From: Wickerhamiella versatilis | Lineage: Eukaryota | Assembly: GCA_030867685.1 (NCBI GenBank) | Contig: JAQOWU010000008.1 | Coordinates: 2,046,001 to 2,110,000, forward strand | Direction of reading: 5' to 3' | Length of the DNA stretch: 64,000 nt | Translations under genes and position numbers: made by a program | The notes under the pieces: generated by a model | The model's database searches: none | Seen by the model: only the letters and a program-made list of their open reading frames with translations | What the model was told of the DNA's origin: nothing | Part shown: positions 19,820 to 30,949 of the stretch, one piece after another | How positions within the stretch are numbered: position 1 is the first letter of the stretch | Layout of the letters: each line of letters starts with the position of its first letter

Positions 19820-21727
19820 ATGTTCAGACAGGCGCGGAAACTTCTGCTGCCCACGGCAGTTGCAACTGCAGCTCTTGGAGGATTTCTCATTTACGATGAT
19901 AGGCGTGCTCTGAAACGCTATAATGAGCCCCATCAAACCAAGATTCCTGAACCGACTGCCCCGCCTAGAACCAGGGCTGATATATTACGGTCATTGGCTA
20001 GCGGAAATGAGTACGATATTTTGGTTATCGGAGGGGGTGCGACCGGTGCCGGTACAACCTGGGATGCTGTAACCCGAGGATACAAGGTTGCTATGGTTGA
20101 AAGAGAAGACTTCGGTGCTGCCACCTCTTCCAGGTCGACCAAGCTTGTTCATGGCGGTGTGCGTTACCTTGAAAAGGCGTTTTGGCAGCTTGACTACGGG
20201 CAATACAAACTTGTGAAGGAAGCACTGGCGGAGCGTCGCCATTTCCTGGATATAGCACCACACTTGTCTTTTCCTCTGCCTATCATGATTCCGGTGTACC
20301 GGTGGTGGCAGTTGCCTTATTACTATATTGGTGTAAAGGCCTATGATGCTATTGCAGGACGTGCAAACCTTGAACCTTCTTACAGTATGAGCCGCTCGCG
20401 GGCGCTGCAGTTATTTCCCATGCTAAACGACGATGAACTTAAAGGGGCGATTGTCTACTACGATGGTAGCCAAAATGACGCGCGAGTCAACGTATCGCTT
20501 GCTGTGAGTGCCATCGAAGAGGGCGCTGATGTCCTTAATCATTGCGAAGTGGTATCTTTAGTTAAGAATGACAAAGGAAAGGTTTGTGGTGCGGAGGTTG
20601 TTGATAAAGAGAACCCCGATGGCGAACGTTTCACAATCAAAGCTAAAGGTGTTGTAAATGCAACTGGACCGTTCACTGATTTTGTTAGGAAATTCGATAA
20701 TCCGGGTGTCAAAGACATAGAGGTCGCATCCGGGGGTGTCCACATTGTTTTGCCCGGTTGGTACTGCCCCAGAAACATTGGATTACTGGATGCAGCCACG
20801 TCTGATGGACGTGTTGTCTTCTTCTTGCCCTGGCAAGGGTCCGTAATAGCAGGAACCACTGATCATCCTTGTAATATCGAAGCTAATCCCACTCCAAGTG
20901 AAGAAGATATTCAATTCGTGCTTAACGAGGTCCGACATTACATAGATGGAAAACTGGATGTGACTCGTGAGGATGTTAGGGCTGCATGGGCCGGCATCCG
21001 TCCTCTCGTGCGCGACCCGCAAGCCACCGATACGCAAAATGTTGTTCGCAATCACTTGATCGAAGTATCTAAGTCGGGCCTGGTAACAATTGCAGGTGGA
21101 AAATGGACCACTTTCCGTGAAATGTCAGAGCAAACTGTTGATAGGTGTATCTCTGAGTTTGGACTTGCTCCGCGCCCTTGCAAGACTAATAAAGGCCTTA
21201 AACTTGTTGGTGCACACGACTGGAATAGGCTTACTTACATTGATTTGATTCGTGAATTCGGAATTGAGCCCGCGGCTGCCCGTCATTTAAGTGAGAACTA
21301 TGGAACTCGTGCTTTTGACGTGGCTCGACTTTGTAACCCTACAGCTTTGGATACCAATGGTAAAATTGTTCAACGTAATGCTCGAATCAGCCCGCTTTAT
21401 CCCTTCTTGGACGGTGAGGTTCTATATGCGATACAGTTCGAGTACGCAACCACTGCAATTGATGTATTGGCAAGACGTACGCGCCTTGCGTTTTTGGACG
21501 CTCAAGCAGCCCGTGATGCCTTACCTGGTGTTATAGAGGTGATGGCAGCTAACCTAGGCTGGGGTGTGGAACGTCAACAGGAAGAGTACGCAGTTGGTCT
21601 GCAGTACTTGGTAGGAATGGGATTGGAAGCAGTTCCTCCCAAACCTAGCTCCCCTGTTAATGCTACCGCATCACTTGCTTCAACAGTGCAAGCGTCAGGG
21701 ACTTCCGCCAGCCATAGTGAACAGTGA
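19820..21727 (+). CDS. GUT2: Mitochondrial FAD-dependent glycerol-3-phosphate dehydrogenase
   Basis: DILVIGGGATG, TSSRSTKLVHGGVRYLEKA, AGGKWTTFR; presequence begins at ATG 19820. Confidence 0.96.
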   Translation: MFRQARKLLLPTAVATAALGGFLIYDDRRALKRYNEPHQTKIPEPTAPPRTRADILRSLASGNEYDILVIGGGATGAGTTWDAVTRGYKVAMVEREDFGAATSSRSTKLVHGGVRYLEKAFWQLDYGQYKLVKEALAERRHFLDIAPHLSFPLPIMIPVYRWWQLPYYYIGVKAYDAIAGRANLEPSYSMSRSRALQLFPMLNDDELKGAIVYYDGSQNDARVNVSLAVSAIEEGADVLNHCEVVSLVKNDKGKVCGAEVVDKENPDGERFTIKAKGVVNATGPFTDFVRKFDNPGVKDIEVASGGVHIVLPGWYCPRNIGLLDAATSDGRVVFFLPWQGSVIAGTTDHPCNIEANPTPSEEDIQFVLNEVRHYIDGKLDVTREDVRAAWAGIRPLVRDPQATDTQNVVRNHLIEVSKSGLVTIAGGKWTTFREMSEQTVDRCISEFGLAPRPCKTNKGLKLVGAHDWNRLTYIDLIREFGIEPAAARHLSENYGTRAFDVARLCNPTALDTNGKIVQRNARISPLYPFLDGEVLYAIQFEYATTAIDVLARRTRLAFLDAQAARDALPGVIEVMAANLGWGVERQQEEYAVGLQYLVGMGLEAVPPKPSSPVNATASLASTVQASGTSASHSEQ

Positions 21728-21864
21728 TCTTTTATGACCTTGTTATTTCGACTCTTGATAATCTGTGATGATATGCATATCACAAAAAAATATAGAAACT
21801 AGCAAGATAAGGTTACGAAAATAGTTACTAAAGCAGGCTATTTTGGCTCTATTATTGTGTCCCT

Positions 21865-22323
21865 TTAATCGAATTCATGATCATTCACAAATGCAATATC
21901 CCCTCGGCCACACTCTGAATATCTCTCAAACTCAGCAAGGATGCTAGACATTGTCCAACCTTGTTGTCGTCTGATGCATGCGACAATCAGGCCCGTTACC
22001 TGCTGTCCATTCATGCAGTGGACAAAGACAGGCTGGTTCTCTGCATTCAGAATAAATTTCATAGCCTTATACACCGTTTCATGCGACAGATTTACGCTTT
22101 TTTTCTTTTTAGATTTTGTTTCCTCTGATGCACTAATAATATGTTCGAAATGCACATCTCCGAGTCCAGATAGCGAAATTGGCTCAGGTGTTAAGCTGAG
22201 TATAGAACGGAGATGTAATCTCTCCAGGAAGCGCTTGTTCAGCTCTGTTGGATAACCTCCCCGATATATATGACCTTCTACACACGCGAATCGCAAGGGA
22301 GGTAGTAAATCTGGTGGTTCCAT
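21865..22323 (-). CDS. OCA6: Siw14/Oca-family (pseudo)phosphatase
   Basis: PPLRFACVE..IYRGGYP, LSLTPEP, HCMNGQQVT (no CX5R Arg); head-to-head with DOS2. Confidence 0.85.
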   Translation of the reverse strand: MEPPDLLPPLRFACVEGHIYRGGYPTELNKRFLERLHLRSILSLTPEPISLSGLGDVHFEHIISASEETKSKKKKSVNLSHETVYKAMKFILNAENQPVFVHCMNGQQVTGLIVACIRRQQGWTMSSILAEFERYSECGRGDIAFVNDHEFD

Positions 22324-22352
22324 ATTGATTATCTAACATAATAGTACCCTTC

Positions 22353-23081
22353 ATGTCCGATCAAGTATCTCAGTGGTGGACTAAGTTGAGGACGACAGCG
22401 GAGGAATATGGCATTCAAGAGAAGCTGAAAAATGCAGGAAGTATGCTAGATGCCCAAGTGAGATCCAAAGCAGAGGAATATGACTTGCAGGGAAAACTGA
22501 ACTATGCAGGCAGTATTATTGACAGATACGACCGGAAGATTGAAGATATAGAGAATAATACGGCTTCATTTTTGAAACAAAAGGGCACTGAAGTTTATGG
22601 TAAGGTGGTCGATTCACTAGACCCAATGGAATCCTCTTCCGAAGTGCTCTTCGAGCAGAAGTCCGCACCATCCTCCCGAGTTGATGCCCAAATCAAAGCT
22701 CTACATCACTCTCCGGAGCTATTTATAGATCGTGAAACTCGTAATACTGAACTAACCCCTGAACAAGCAGAACGCAAAAAGACTATTCTCACGGATAATG
22801 CAGATTTACAGAAATTACACGATTCCCTTGTGCCTGAAAAGATAGCAGATTCGAAATTTTGGCTTCGCTATTTTGAACTCCGCGATGACATTGAAGAGCA
22901 GGATCGTCAGCGCAAGGAAATCTTGAGGCACAAACCTACAACTGAAGATGAAAAGATCGACTGGGGTTCTTCTGATGACGAAAATGACCTGACAACCGTG
23001 AAAAATGCCGCAGATAAGAAGACGCCCCCATCAGCATCTAATGATGCTAAAGATGCAGTATCTGACAGTGACTGGGAATGA
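22353..23081 (+). CDS. DOS2: BSD-domain protein
   Basis: SRVDAQIKALH, LVPEKIADSKFWLRYF (BSD), IDWGSSDDE, terminal SDWE. Confidence 0.88.
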   Translation: MSDQVSQWWTKLRTTAEEYGIQEKLKNAGSMLDAQVRSKAEEYDLQGKLNYAGSIIDRYDRKIEDIENNTASFLKQKGTEVYGKVVDSLDPMESSSEVLFEQKSAPSSRVDAQIKALHHSPELFIDRETRNTELTPEQAERKKTILTDNADLQKLHDSLVPEKIADSKFWLRYFELRDDIEEQDRQRKEILRHKPTTEDEKIDWGSSDDENDLTTVKNAADKKTPPSASNDAKDAVSDSDWE

Positions 23082-23388
23082 GAGAAGTAATGTGCTATGA
23101 TTTATTCTGGAATTATATAGTTTCAAATGACTTTAAGGCTTTATAAGAGTGAATACAAAGTACCAAATGCATAGGATAGGAATCATCTTGCAATTGACTT
23201 TGCCGCATGATTTGCTTTGTCCGGTGGTTTAGTGGAGTTCCAGGACTAATAATCCGCCTCATCAGTAGATACCGTCTTACCTGATTAGTACTTAAACTTC
23301 CATATTCTTATTGATATAAGTCATGAAGACTTATATAGGAGACCGTAGTAATCTATCAAGTCTATAAGATAAATATTAAAGCTAATCT

Positions 23389-25467
23389 TTACTTTCTATG
23401 GTAGAAAAGCAAATAAGCATTACGTGACAATGCAGCAGTTTCTGGTACAGGTGTTGCATTCGCATCATCAAAATAACACCAGCCTTTCATAGCCTTTTTC
23501 ACGAAAGCTGTGTAATGCCCCCCTTTCAAAGTGCCCTGATGTACAGTTACTGCACCCAGGTCGTAAATAAACGGTGGAACTTGCCCTCTGTGGGGCAAAT
23601 CCCTCAGCAGCTTCTTATAATGAGGATCAACAATAGGAGTCGCGGGCCAATACGCAGTTAGATCGAGATTATGTATTGGGTACCTTACAGGGGTGGCCAG
23701 CTTGTCCACGGAGTTCCAAGTACGCTGGAAACGTTTCAAGTGGATAATAAGCACTGGAGGAAGACGAGAGATTGCCATTGTTTTAACGGTACGCCTTGGT
23801 TGCTTGCAATTAGGGCAGTACCAGGAATTATCACCGTCAAGGACTTCGGGTTTCACGAATTCGTTAAAACAGTCTAACAAGCTGTCTCCTGCAATTGGAA
23901 GTGATAAACTAGAGAATGCAGCATATGTTGTGCTCGTAGTGCTGCAGAAAGAACAACGTAAACGACTGAGATACTGGCCTTGAAAAATATCAACAATTAA
24001 AGACGTGTCGTTGGCTAGGTATCTTTCCCATTCAATTGTAGCCGCTACTCTCACAGGCATTAGTTCACGTCTACGTTCTTGCTGTTCATCCAACTGTTCA
24101 TGACGGGGTACGTGGCCCTTCGAATTCAGCTCTTCATGAAGACCATCCAGCAAAAAGGTTAGAAACTCATGGCAATCTTGTTGTTCATATCCACTGAACT
24201 CTGAGCGTAAAGTGCCAATAAGCTGCTTTAAACCGAAGGGAGTGACATATGATACACCAGGACGGGATAACGCCCGAACAAGCGAGGAAAACTCTTTAGC
24301 AAGTTGCCCTCTATACCCCAGTCGCGAGTTCACATTTACGCGATGCTTATAGCTTCCATCTAAGAACGGAATAACAAGCCTACTCACGCTCAACAAACAT
24401 TGACATACGCAATTCATGTAACAAGTGTTACCCATATTTTTGAGGCCAGCAATACTTGAAAGAGCTACCATTTCTCCATGGCTCAGCTGTGGAACAGGCG
24501 GTGCCGGTGTCTGAGGTGGCTGTGGCATTTGTGCTTCCGATGGTCGGGACGAAGGCATTTTGGGAGTTGCGCGAACCGGCTCTTTTTCCAAGACTGGAGG
24601 AGTCTTACGAGCTACCGGCTTAGGTACCGGCTGAGCCCGAGGAAACCTTATGGGGGAGTGTTGCCTTTGAAGTTGAGGACGAGGCATTTCAAGTATAGGT
24701 ATCTTCGGTGGCACTTCCGGTGCGCTTTTACTGAGTGGGGCGTCATGCCAAGATTCTGTTGGGTAGCCACCCTGCACCCATGCATTTAGTCCTCCTTTTA
24801 ATAGATATACACCAATATGAGCTCCATTGAGCGCACTCTTCACGTAGCCTAGCGAGGGTGATTCTGAAACGTTCGTTGATTGTTGATCATACATGACAAC
24901 TATGTCGACATTATGGCGGGCATTGAATGCCTCAGCTTCTTCATTAGGAGCTATCACAAGAGTATCTTCTAACTCCTTATCGGTCATAGCAGGCCTTAAG
25001 CATAAAGGTTCCAAACATACTGTCATATCGCCTGCAATATGCCGCTCTTCATACAAGTCCCTCTCACGAACATCAAACAACAATATAGTGCGACCAGCAT
25101 GCTTATGGCCGTACAACGCAGCAGGAGATATCAGCAACTCATGCGATTTGGATCTGTATCCATGGTTTCCCTCTCTTGGGCGCATAAGGCGTGCCAGCCT
25201 TTGTTCCGCGTCTTGTGCTGTCAATCGCGCAGCAAACGTACGTAAATCCATGTATACATCGTAAAATGCATTTCTTTTTTGTCTAAAGTGATCAAAATCA
25301 GGATGTTCAGGTATGGTCACTTGAAGAATTCGAGTGGCGCGAGCAAGGAGAGATCTCGCCTCCTCAGGATCAGTACCAGCATCAACTTTCGACTTGCACT
25401 TCTCAACCAAATCTATCGCTTCTAGAACGTGGTCCTTGATTGGTCTGGAAATCACAGAAGGGCTCAT
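23389..25467 (-). CDS. DOA4: Ubiquitin C-terminal hydrolase with rhodanese domain (Doa4/Ubp5 family)
   Basis: LLFDVRER..Y...HI rhodanese; GLKNMGNTCYMN Cys box; QQDCHEF; GGHYTAFV His box. Confidence 0.92.
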   Translation of the reverse strand: MSPSVISRPIKDHVLEAIDLVEKCKSKVDAGTDPEEARSLLARATRILQVTIPEHPDFDHFRQKRNAFYDVYMDLRTFAARLTAQDAEQRLARLMRPREGNHGYRSKSHELLISPAALYGHKHAGRTILLFDVRERDLYEERHIAGDMTVCLEPLCLRPAMTDKELEDTLVIAPNEEAEAFNARHNVDIVVMYDQQSTNVSESPSLGYVKSALNGAHIGVYLLKGGLNAWVQGGYPTESWHDAPLSKSAPEVPPKIPILEMPRPQLQRQHSPIRFPRAQPVPKPVARKTPPVLEKEPVRATPKMPSSRPSEAQMPQPPQTPAPPVPQLSHGEMVALSSIAGLKNMGNTCYMNCVCQCLLSVSRLVIPFLDGSYKHRVNVNSRLGYRGQLAKEFSSLVRALSRPGVSYVTPFGLKQLIGTLRSEFSGYEQQDCHEFLTFLLDGLHEELNSKGHVPRHEQLDEQQERRRELMPVRVAATIEWERYLANDTSLIVDIFQGQYLSRLRCSFCSTTSTTYAAFSSLSLPIAGDSLLDCFNEFVKPEVLDGDNSWYCPNCKQPRRTVKTMAISRLPPVLIIHLKRFQRTWNSVDKLATPVRYPIHNLDLTAYWPATPIVDPHYKKLLRDLPHRGQVPPFIYDLGAVTVHQGTLKGGHYTAFVKKAMKGWCYFDDANATPVPETAALSRNAYLLFYHRK

Positions 25468-25727
25468 CTCATTGCTCGCTGCGATGTATGGAATCGTTCT
25501 TAGTCATAGACGGTGTGACCCACACCGAATTAGGCTCACATTCCCATGATCAAAATCAAAGGTGGTGGGAAGATAGAAATTCATGATAGATTTTATAAGA
25601 TTATTTATGCTCCACTGACCTAGACCTTAAATGATGTTAAAAAAGTGGATTCCCGTGTGGCTGTATATACTTGTTTTTCGGGGCTCTTAGCGCCAGTTCT
25701 GCTGGCCTCTTGAAAACAACCGATAGA

Positions 25728-27365
25728 TTAGAATTTTAAGTCTGAAAGAGTCTCAGCCGGTAATTCATCTCTGAATTCTCTGAAAGGACGCTTTTCAATT
25801 GAATACGCAGGAATCTTTCTTGCCACTTTGACTCTTAGAAGATCACCGAGCTCATCCATTTTCTCCAACACGTAGTCAAGATCGCTCTTGGTGAGCGCAG
25901 CACTCATACAAAATCTAATGCGCGATGAAATGACAGCAGTTGCCGGATATCCCACAATTACAGATGCAATCTTATCTTGTCGTAACAGGCGGGAGAATAA
26001 GGCCATTTTCGTGGGATGGTAGAGCATTACTGGAATCACTGGACTGTCGATGTGCCCACTGACAACAAAACCCATCTTACGAAAGCCCAATCGCAAGTAT
26101 CTACTATTGAAAGCAAGACGTTGCAGTCGCTCAGCGCCCTCACCCGGACGAAGTTCACCCGTAAGTGTTAGAATGGCAGCTCGAATCTGGGCCAGGGCAG
26201 GAGGAGTCGGCGCTTCCGCATATACGTTGCCCATGTTAGAGAATTTCAGACGATCAATGAGCTTCTGCGAGCCACCCACGTATCCACCCACAGATCCAAA
26301 GCTCTTTGTGAACGTACCCATGAGAACGTCAACATTGGAAGTGTCTATATTGAAATAGTTGCAAATTCCACGCCCCTCGGGTCCCATGGCCCCTATAGAG
26401 TGTGCCTCGTCCATGAACAAGTAGCAGCCGTATTTTTCGCGCAGTCTGACGAGGCTCGGCAGGTTGCACATGGTTCCCTCCATCGAATACAGCCCCTCGA
26501 ATGCGATCAAAATTTTACGCCAAGGACGACGGGAGCGAGGTTGACCTTGGGCAATCTGTTCACGAATAAGAGACTCGAGAGCCTCCATATCGTTATGCGG
26601 GTACACCTTGATAACTGCCCCAGAAATACGTAAACCTGTACGAATTGAAGCATGGTTGAGCTCGTCGCTCAAAACAAGACAACGTCGATCAACAAGAGTT
26701 CGAAAAACAACTGCATTTGTGGCATATCCCATGCTCCAGATCATGGCAGATTCTTTTCCGATAAAGTTTGCAACTACGCGCTCCACCTCAAGGTGCAGGT
26801 CCATGTTTCCAGTACCAAAGCGATTACCACCTGCCACTAGACCACGTTCAGATATAGTACGCACAGTTTCATCAGTACATTGCCCAACACTCTGAGCGAA
26901 ACCAAGATAATTGTAAGAGCTCAGGTTAACACAGTCCAACATTTCCACCGGCGTCTGATCCAGGACGAAAAACTCATCTCGCTTGAAGTTTCGAGTGAAG
27001 ACCCGAATCAGCCTACCAGGAACACCCGTGGTGGGAACACCAAAACAATCATGTATACGGGCCTTCAAGCGGCGGGTGTAGAACGAATCAAAGTCGGTGA
27101 GCAAGGGTGCATAGCCATCACGCTCTGTGAAGTTTCTACGGTATTGACGGTCAAACCGGCGGTCCCAGAAATCCCGTAAGTGCCCAGAAATCATGAGACA
27201 AAGATACAGCAGATAGGTCGTGAGCACTACATAATAAGGCACCAGCTCTTCGCTCAAATCACGTTGTGGCTTAACCGCCTTCTGCCTGTAAAGATGTCTT
27301 GTCGATTCCAACGGCCCAAACTCATTCGGGTTCAGGGTCGTAGCACGCTTTCGCGGACGAGCCAT
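25728..27365 (-). CDS. LCB2: Serine palmitoyltransferase subunit 2
   Basis: NLSSYNYLGFA, DELNHASI, DEAHSIGAMG, GTFTKSFG (PLP lysine). Confidence 0.96.
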   Translation of the reverse strand: MARPRKRATTLNPNEFGPLESTRHLYRQKAVKPQRDLSEELVPYYVVLTTYLLYLCLMISGHLRDFWDRRFDRQYRRNFTERDGYAPLLTDFDSFYTRRLKARIHDCFGVPTTGVPGRLIRVFTRNFKRDEFFVLDQTPVEMLDCVNLSSYNYLGFAQSVGQCTDETVRTISERGLVAGGNRFGTGNMDLHLEVERVVANFIGKESAMIWSMGYATNAVVFRTLVDRRCLVLSDELNHASIRTGLRISGAVIKVYPHNDMEALESLIREQIAQGQPRSRRPWRKILIAFEGLYSMEGTMCNLPSLVRLREKYGCYLFMDEAHSIGAMGPEGRGICNYFNIDTSNVDVLMGTFTKSFGSVGGYVGGSQKLIDRLKFSNMGNVYAEAPTPPALAQIRAAILTLTGELRPGEGAERLQRLAFNSRYLRLGFRKMGFVVSGHIDSPVIPVMLYHPTKMALFSRLLRQDKIASVIVGYPATAVISSRIRFCMSAALTKSDLDYVLEKMDELGDLLRVKVARKIPAYSIEKRPFREFRDELPAETLSDLKF

Positions 27366-27641
27366 GGACGCGTCGGGATGAATGAGAAGCTTACATATGG
27401 TTGGCTCATGAAAGTATTGAAAATGGCGGTATTTTCATTTCAAAACAAGCTCCCTTTAGATATTAGGATTTAACTAGAACATGGAAAAATATTATTAGAG
27501 AGAGATTCTCTATGTTTTCGATGGTTGCAAACTGGAAGGCTGCGGTTTCCTCTGCGGAGATAACGTAAGCTGATGTCAAGTCTGGGAACACGAATAAGTA
27601 AGTGTCTGTTACTACGACATTAAGAGTTAATACTAGAGGAA

Positions 27642-29033
27642 CTAAGTGGAGTAACCCCCTAAATCCAAAGTTTTATGTACAGGTGGTACTTCTGATTCCA
27701 TATGACCAATGATCAATATACTTCCATCGTACGAATGCAGTTCCCTGAATGCAGTCTCAATTTGCGAGTTCGACAGAGTCGAGAAAGCCTCGTCAAGAAT
27801 TAAAATAGGCGGCCGCTTAACCAGGGCACGGGCAAATAGAACTAGTTTTTGATCGGCCAAACTCAGGGACCCGAATGTGGCATTGGGATCGACCCCAAAT
27901 TTCAAACAAAGCTTTCTGGCATAATCCAAGCGCTCTGGTGACGTTCTTTTTGGGCGGACGAAGTTGTTTGCATATCCACTGCAGGTCGCCTCCAGGGCAG
28001 TTAGATTTCGGGGAAATATGCTGTGGATTTCGGGAGAACTTTGGCCGATTTTATTATTTATTTCAAGAAATGTATGCTTCCCTACCTCTCGAGGTTCTCC
28101 AAACAACACCACCTTATCGTTCCAGCTTTGCGGATGATCTGCTGTGAGCATTGCCACCAGGGTGCTTTTACCACTACCATTGGGGCCCTTGATATGAACC
28201 CGTTCGCCGCGCCTCACTTCCAGCCAGAGATCTTTGAATATGTACTGGTCCTTGTATTTGACAGAAACACCTTGTAAATCTATCAGTTTCTCATCTTTGG
28301 GCACATCGTTAAAAGTAGCAGTCCTTTTCTGGAGTTTTTGTTCCTGTTCAATTTCATGTTCATCGATGATTTTGCTCAAGTCTCCTTTACGTCCGCTAGT
28401 AACTCCCTCGTCAGACGCAATAGCTATATGGGTAGCCCATGAGGGAAGTTCACGTGAACTTTTCAACCCAACAATCAACGGAATAGGCAAGGAGCCCAGG
28501 ATCTCCGTCATCATCTTTCTATTTTCTGGGTCAAGTCCAAGATATGGTTCATCAACGATTAGCACAGTTGGCTTCTTGAGAAGAGCCAGAGCTAATTGTG
28601 CTCTTCTGGTCTGGCCATTAGACAGCGAAGCAAACCATCTTCCCAATAATGGCTGAAGATGTAGGATTTCCGCGACAGAGTCCAACTCTCTGTTGTCCTT
28701 TGCTGCCTTTTGCAGGACATCGCGCAGGCTGTAATCGAACTCATCCCTGAACGATTCATAGCGTGCGCTCAAATAAGGAGCCTTCATTGTTTTTGAATTC
28801 CCGAATTGTACCATTTCGATTGCTTGAGATGGCCAAACCGATTTACCAAAACTCGGGTAAGTCAAAGACTGAGGTGGCTCAGCCACAACTTTCCCGGCTA
28901 AAATGGCAAGAAGCTGTGATTTTTTGGGTCCAAGAACAGCAAGACGCTCATTATTCGAAACCACCAGCGACAGTGGCTCTTTAAATGCCGCAAAACGAGC
29001 GCCGGCTAACCGAATCAGCGGTGTAGAGACCAT
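27642..29033 (-). CDS. Soluble twin-ABC ATPase, ModF/YDR061W-like
   Basis: LSNGQTRRA and LIVDEPYLGLD in domain 1; GPNGSGKST and LILDEAF in domain 2; no TM domain; adjacent to LCB2. Confidence 0.88.
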   Translation of the reverse strand: MVSTPLIRLAGARFAAFKEPLSLVVSNNERLAVLGPKKSQLLAILAGKVVAEPPQSLTYPSFGKSVWPSQAIEMVQFGNSKTMKAPYLSARYESFRDEFDYSLRDVLQKAAKDNRELDSVAEILHLQPLLGRWFASLSNGQTRRAQLALALLKKPTVLIVDEPYLGLDPENRKMMTEILGSLPIPLIVGLKSSRELPSWATHIAIASDEGVTSGRKGDLSKIIDEHEIEQEQKLQKRTATFNDVPKDEKLIDLQGVSVKYKDQYIFKDLWLEVRRGERVHIKGPNGSGKSTLVAMLTADHPQSWNDKVVLFGEPREVGKHTFLEINNKIGQSSPEIHSIFPRNLTALEATCSGYANNFVRPKRTSPERLDYARKLCLKFGVDPNATFGSLSLADQKLVLFARALVKRPPILILDEAFSTLSNSQIETAFRELHSYDGSILIIGHMESEVPPVHKTLDLGGYST

Positions 29034-29431
29034 GTGTCAGCGACATAATCTCCCTGACCAATACTAAGTGTTAATCTAGGATATGCGGTGTTATCACCTT
29101 GATTGAACAAGCACAAGCGGCCACTGGGAGTCTAAAATTGTGATGAATTCCAAGGGAGATTGTCCAGATCTGGTAGTAAATAATTTAGTAGTAAAGTTTA
29201 GAATTTTAATAAACAGTTGATAACTTGCTTGCTTGGTGGATAGAAACATCTTGTGCATTAAGCCTAGACCTCAGTAATCTATTAATGGATTAGAGGAAAA
29301 GATTAGCATTCATCCGAAAGTAGCCAAATACGGTATTATTATTACAATTGCTTGCTAAGACATTTAGACATTAAGGCAGGACAGGCCAAAGGTCAACATC
29401 CCCTTGTTTACATAAACAGCGCAATCGTACA

Positions 29432-30760
29432 ATGGATGAGGATTATGATGTTATCGTTTTAGGCACGGGCTTGACAGAATGTATTCTTTCTGGTTTGCTC
29501 AGTGTCGAAGGAAAGAAGGTGCTGCACATCGATCGTCAGGATCATTATGGTGGAGAGTCAGCCTCTCTCAATTTGTCGCAGCTTTACCGTAAGTTTCGAC
29601 CCTCACAGGAGCCCCCCACAGAAATGGGACGTGATCGTGACTGGAACATTGATTTGATTCCAAAGTTCTTGATGGCTAGTGGTGAACTTGTACACATTCT
29701 TGTTTTGTGCGGTGTCACGCGCTCCCTAGAGTTCCAGCAGATTGCCGGCTCTTACGTATACCGTGACAAGCGCATAGCTAAAGTACCATCAAATGAAATG
29801 GAAGCCGTGAAGTCTTCCCTAATGGGTTGGTTCGAGAAGGGACGTGCTAAGCGTTTTCTGCAGTTCGTCGGTTCCTATGATGACGAGAATCCCAAGACAC
29901 AGCAGGGTATTGACATTGATAAGAACACAATGACCGAGGTATATCTCAAATTTGGTCTGGAGAGTGGTACGAGGGACTTTGTTGGGCATGCTATGGCCCT
30001 ACACCCAACGGACGACTATCTCAACAAGCCGGCGCGAGATACTTTTGAGCGACTTCGTCTGTATGCTCACAGTGTACAGCGTTATGGCAAGTCACCATAT
30101 ATCTATCCAATGTATGGTCTTGGTGAGCTACCTCAGGTTTTTGCGAGACTAAGTGCTGTTTATGGCGGTACCTATATGCTTTCCAAGCCAGTGGATGAAG
30201 TTCTATACGATGATAACGGCAAGGTTCGCGGTATTCGCAGTGAAGGCGAGGAGGCAAGAGCACCAATGGTTATTGGTGATCCCACCTATTTCCCTGATAA
30301 GGTCAAGTCTACCGGCGACCGTGTGATTCGTGCCATATGCATTTTGGAACATCCTATTCCGAACACTCGCGACCTTGATTCGGTTCAGATCGTCATACCT
30401 CAGAATCAGGTCCGCCGCAAGCACGACATTTACATCGCGGTACTTAGTTCCACACACATGGTCTGTCCCAAGGGTTATTTCATTGCAATTGTGTCGACAG
30501 TAATAGAAACCGATAATCCCCACGTTGAATTGGAGCCGGCTTTCAATCTTCTTGGGCCCCGTAAAGATACATTAATGGGCATCACTGAGCTGTACGAGCC
30601 CAAGGAAGATGGTCGGAAGGACAATGTGTATATTTCTCGCAGTTATGACGCATCGTCGCATTTTGAGTCCACCACCGATGATGTGAAAGATATCTACGAA
30701 AGACTTGCACACAAGCCTTTGGTAGTCGAGAAGCGCGAAATTCCTGAGGATGACGAATAG
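29432..30760 (+). CDS. GDI1: Rab GDP-dissociation inhibitor
   Basis: MDEDYDVIVLGTGLTECILSGLLS, DWNIDLIPKFLM, SPYIYPMYGLGELPQ. Confidence 0.98.
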   Translation: MDEDYDVIVLGTGLTECILSGLLSVEGKKVLHIDRQDHYGGESASLNLSQLYRKFRPSQEPPTEMGRDRDWNIDLIPKFLMASGELVHILVLCGVTRSLEFQQIAGSYVYRDKRIAKVPSNEMEAVKSSLMGWFEKGRAKRFLQFVGSYDDENPKTQQGIDIDKNTMTEVYLKFGLESGTRDFVGHAMALHPTDDYLNKPARDTFERLRLYAHSVQRYGKSPYIYPMYGLGELPQVFARLSAVYGGTYMLSKPVDEVLYDDNGKVRGIRSEGEEARAPMVIGDPTYFPDKVKSTGDRVIRAICILEHPIPNTRDLDSVQIVIPQNQVRRKHDIYIAVLSSTHMVCPKGYFIAIVSTVIETDNPHVELEPAFNLLGPRKDTLMGITELYEPKEDGRKDNVYISRSYDASSHFESTTDDVKDIYERLAHKPLVVEKREIPEDDE

Positions 30761-30949
30761 GCAAATTAGCATATAAAATGGAAACTATATCGACATAGGT
30801 ATCTTTAAGTGAACTCACCGGCTGCGTATTTACCAGGAGGATGCTATGGTTTCATCTTATTCAATAAAATAGCAAATTATCATAATTAGCAACATATAAC
30901 AGGGACACGTACGTCAAGGTGACGGAAAAGAGGCGAATCCCAATACATT

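Noticed and set aside
19352-19890. Minus-strand ORFs of 97 and 133 aa upstream of GUT2
   Set aside because: They overlap each other and the GUT2 start or promoter and show no motifs; the region is better explained as regulatory DNA
21763-21784. Palindromic hairpin TGTGATGATATGCATATCACA after GUT2
   Set aside because: Short AT-rich palindrome in a convergent 3' region; no D box follows the TGATGA, so there is no support for an RNA gene
21865-22323. Missing catalytic Arg in the CX5R loop of the phosphatase
   Set aside because: A degenerate P-loop is expected for Oca6-type proteins, so it is not novel
27642-29033. ModF-like ABC ATPase as a possible recent bacterial transfer
   Set aside because: It matches the YDR061W-type yeast gene and keeps its position beside LCB2, consistent with vertical inheritance
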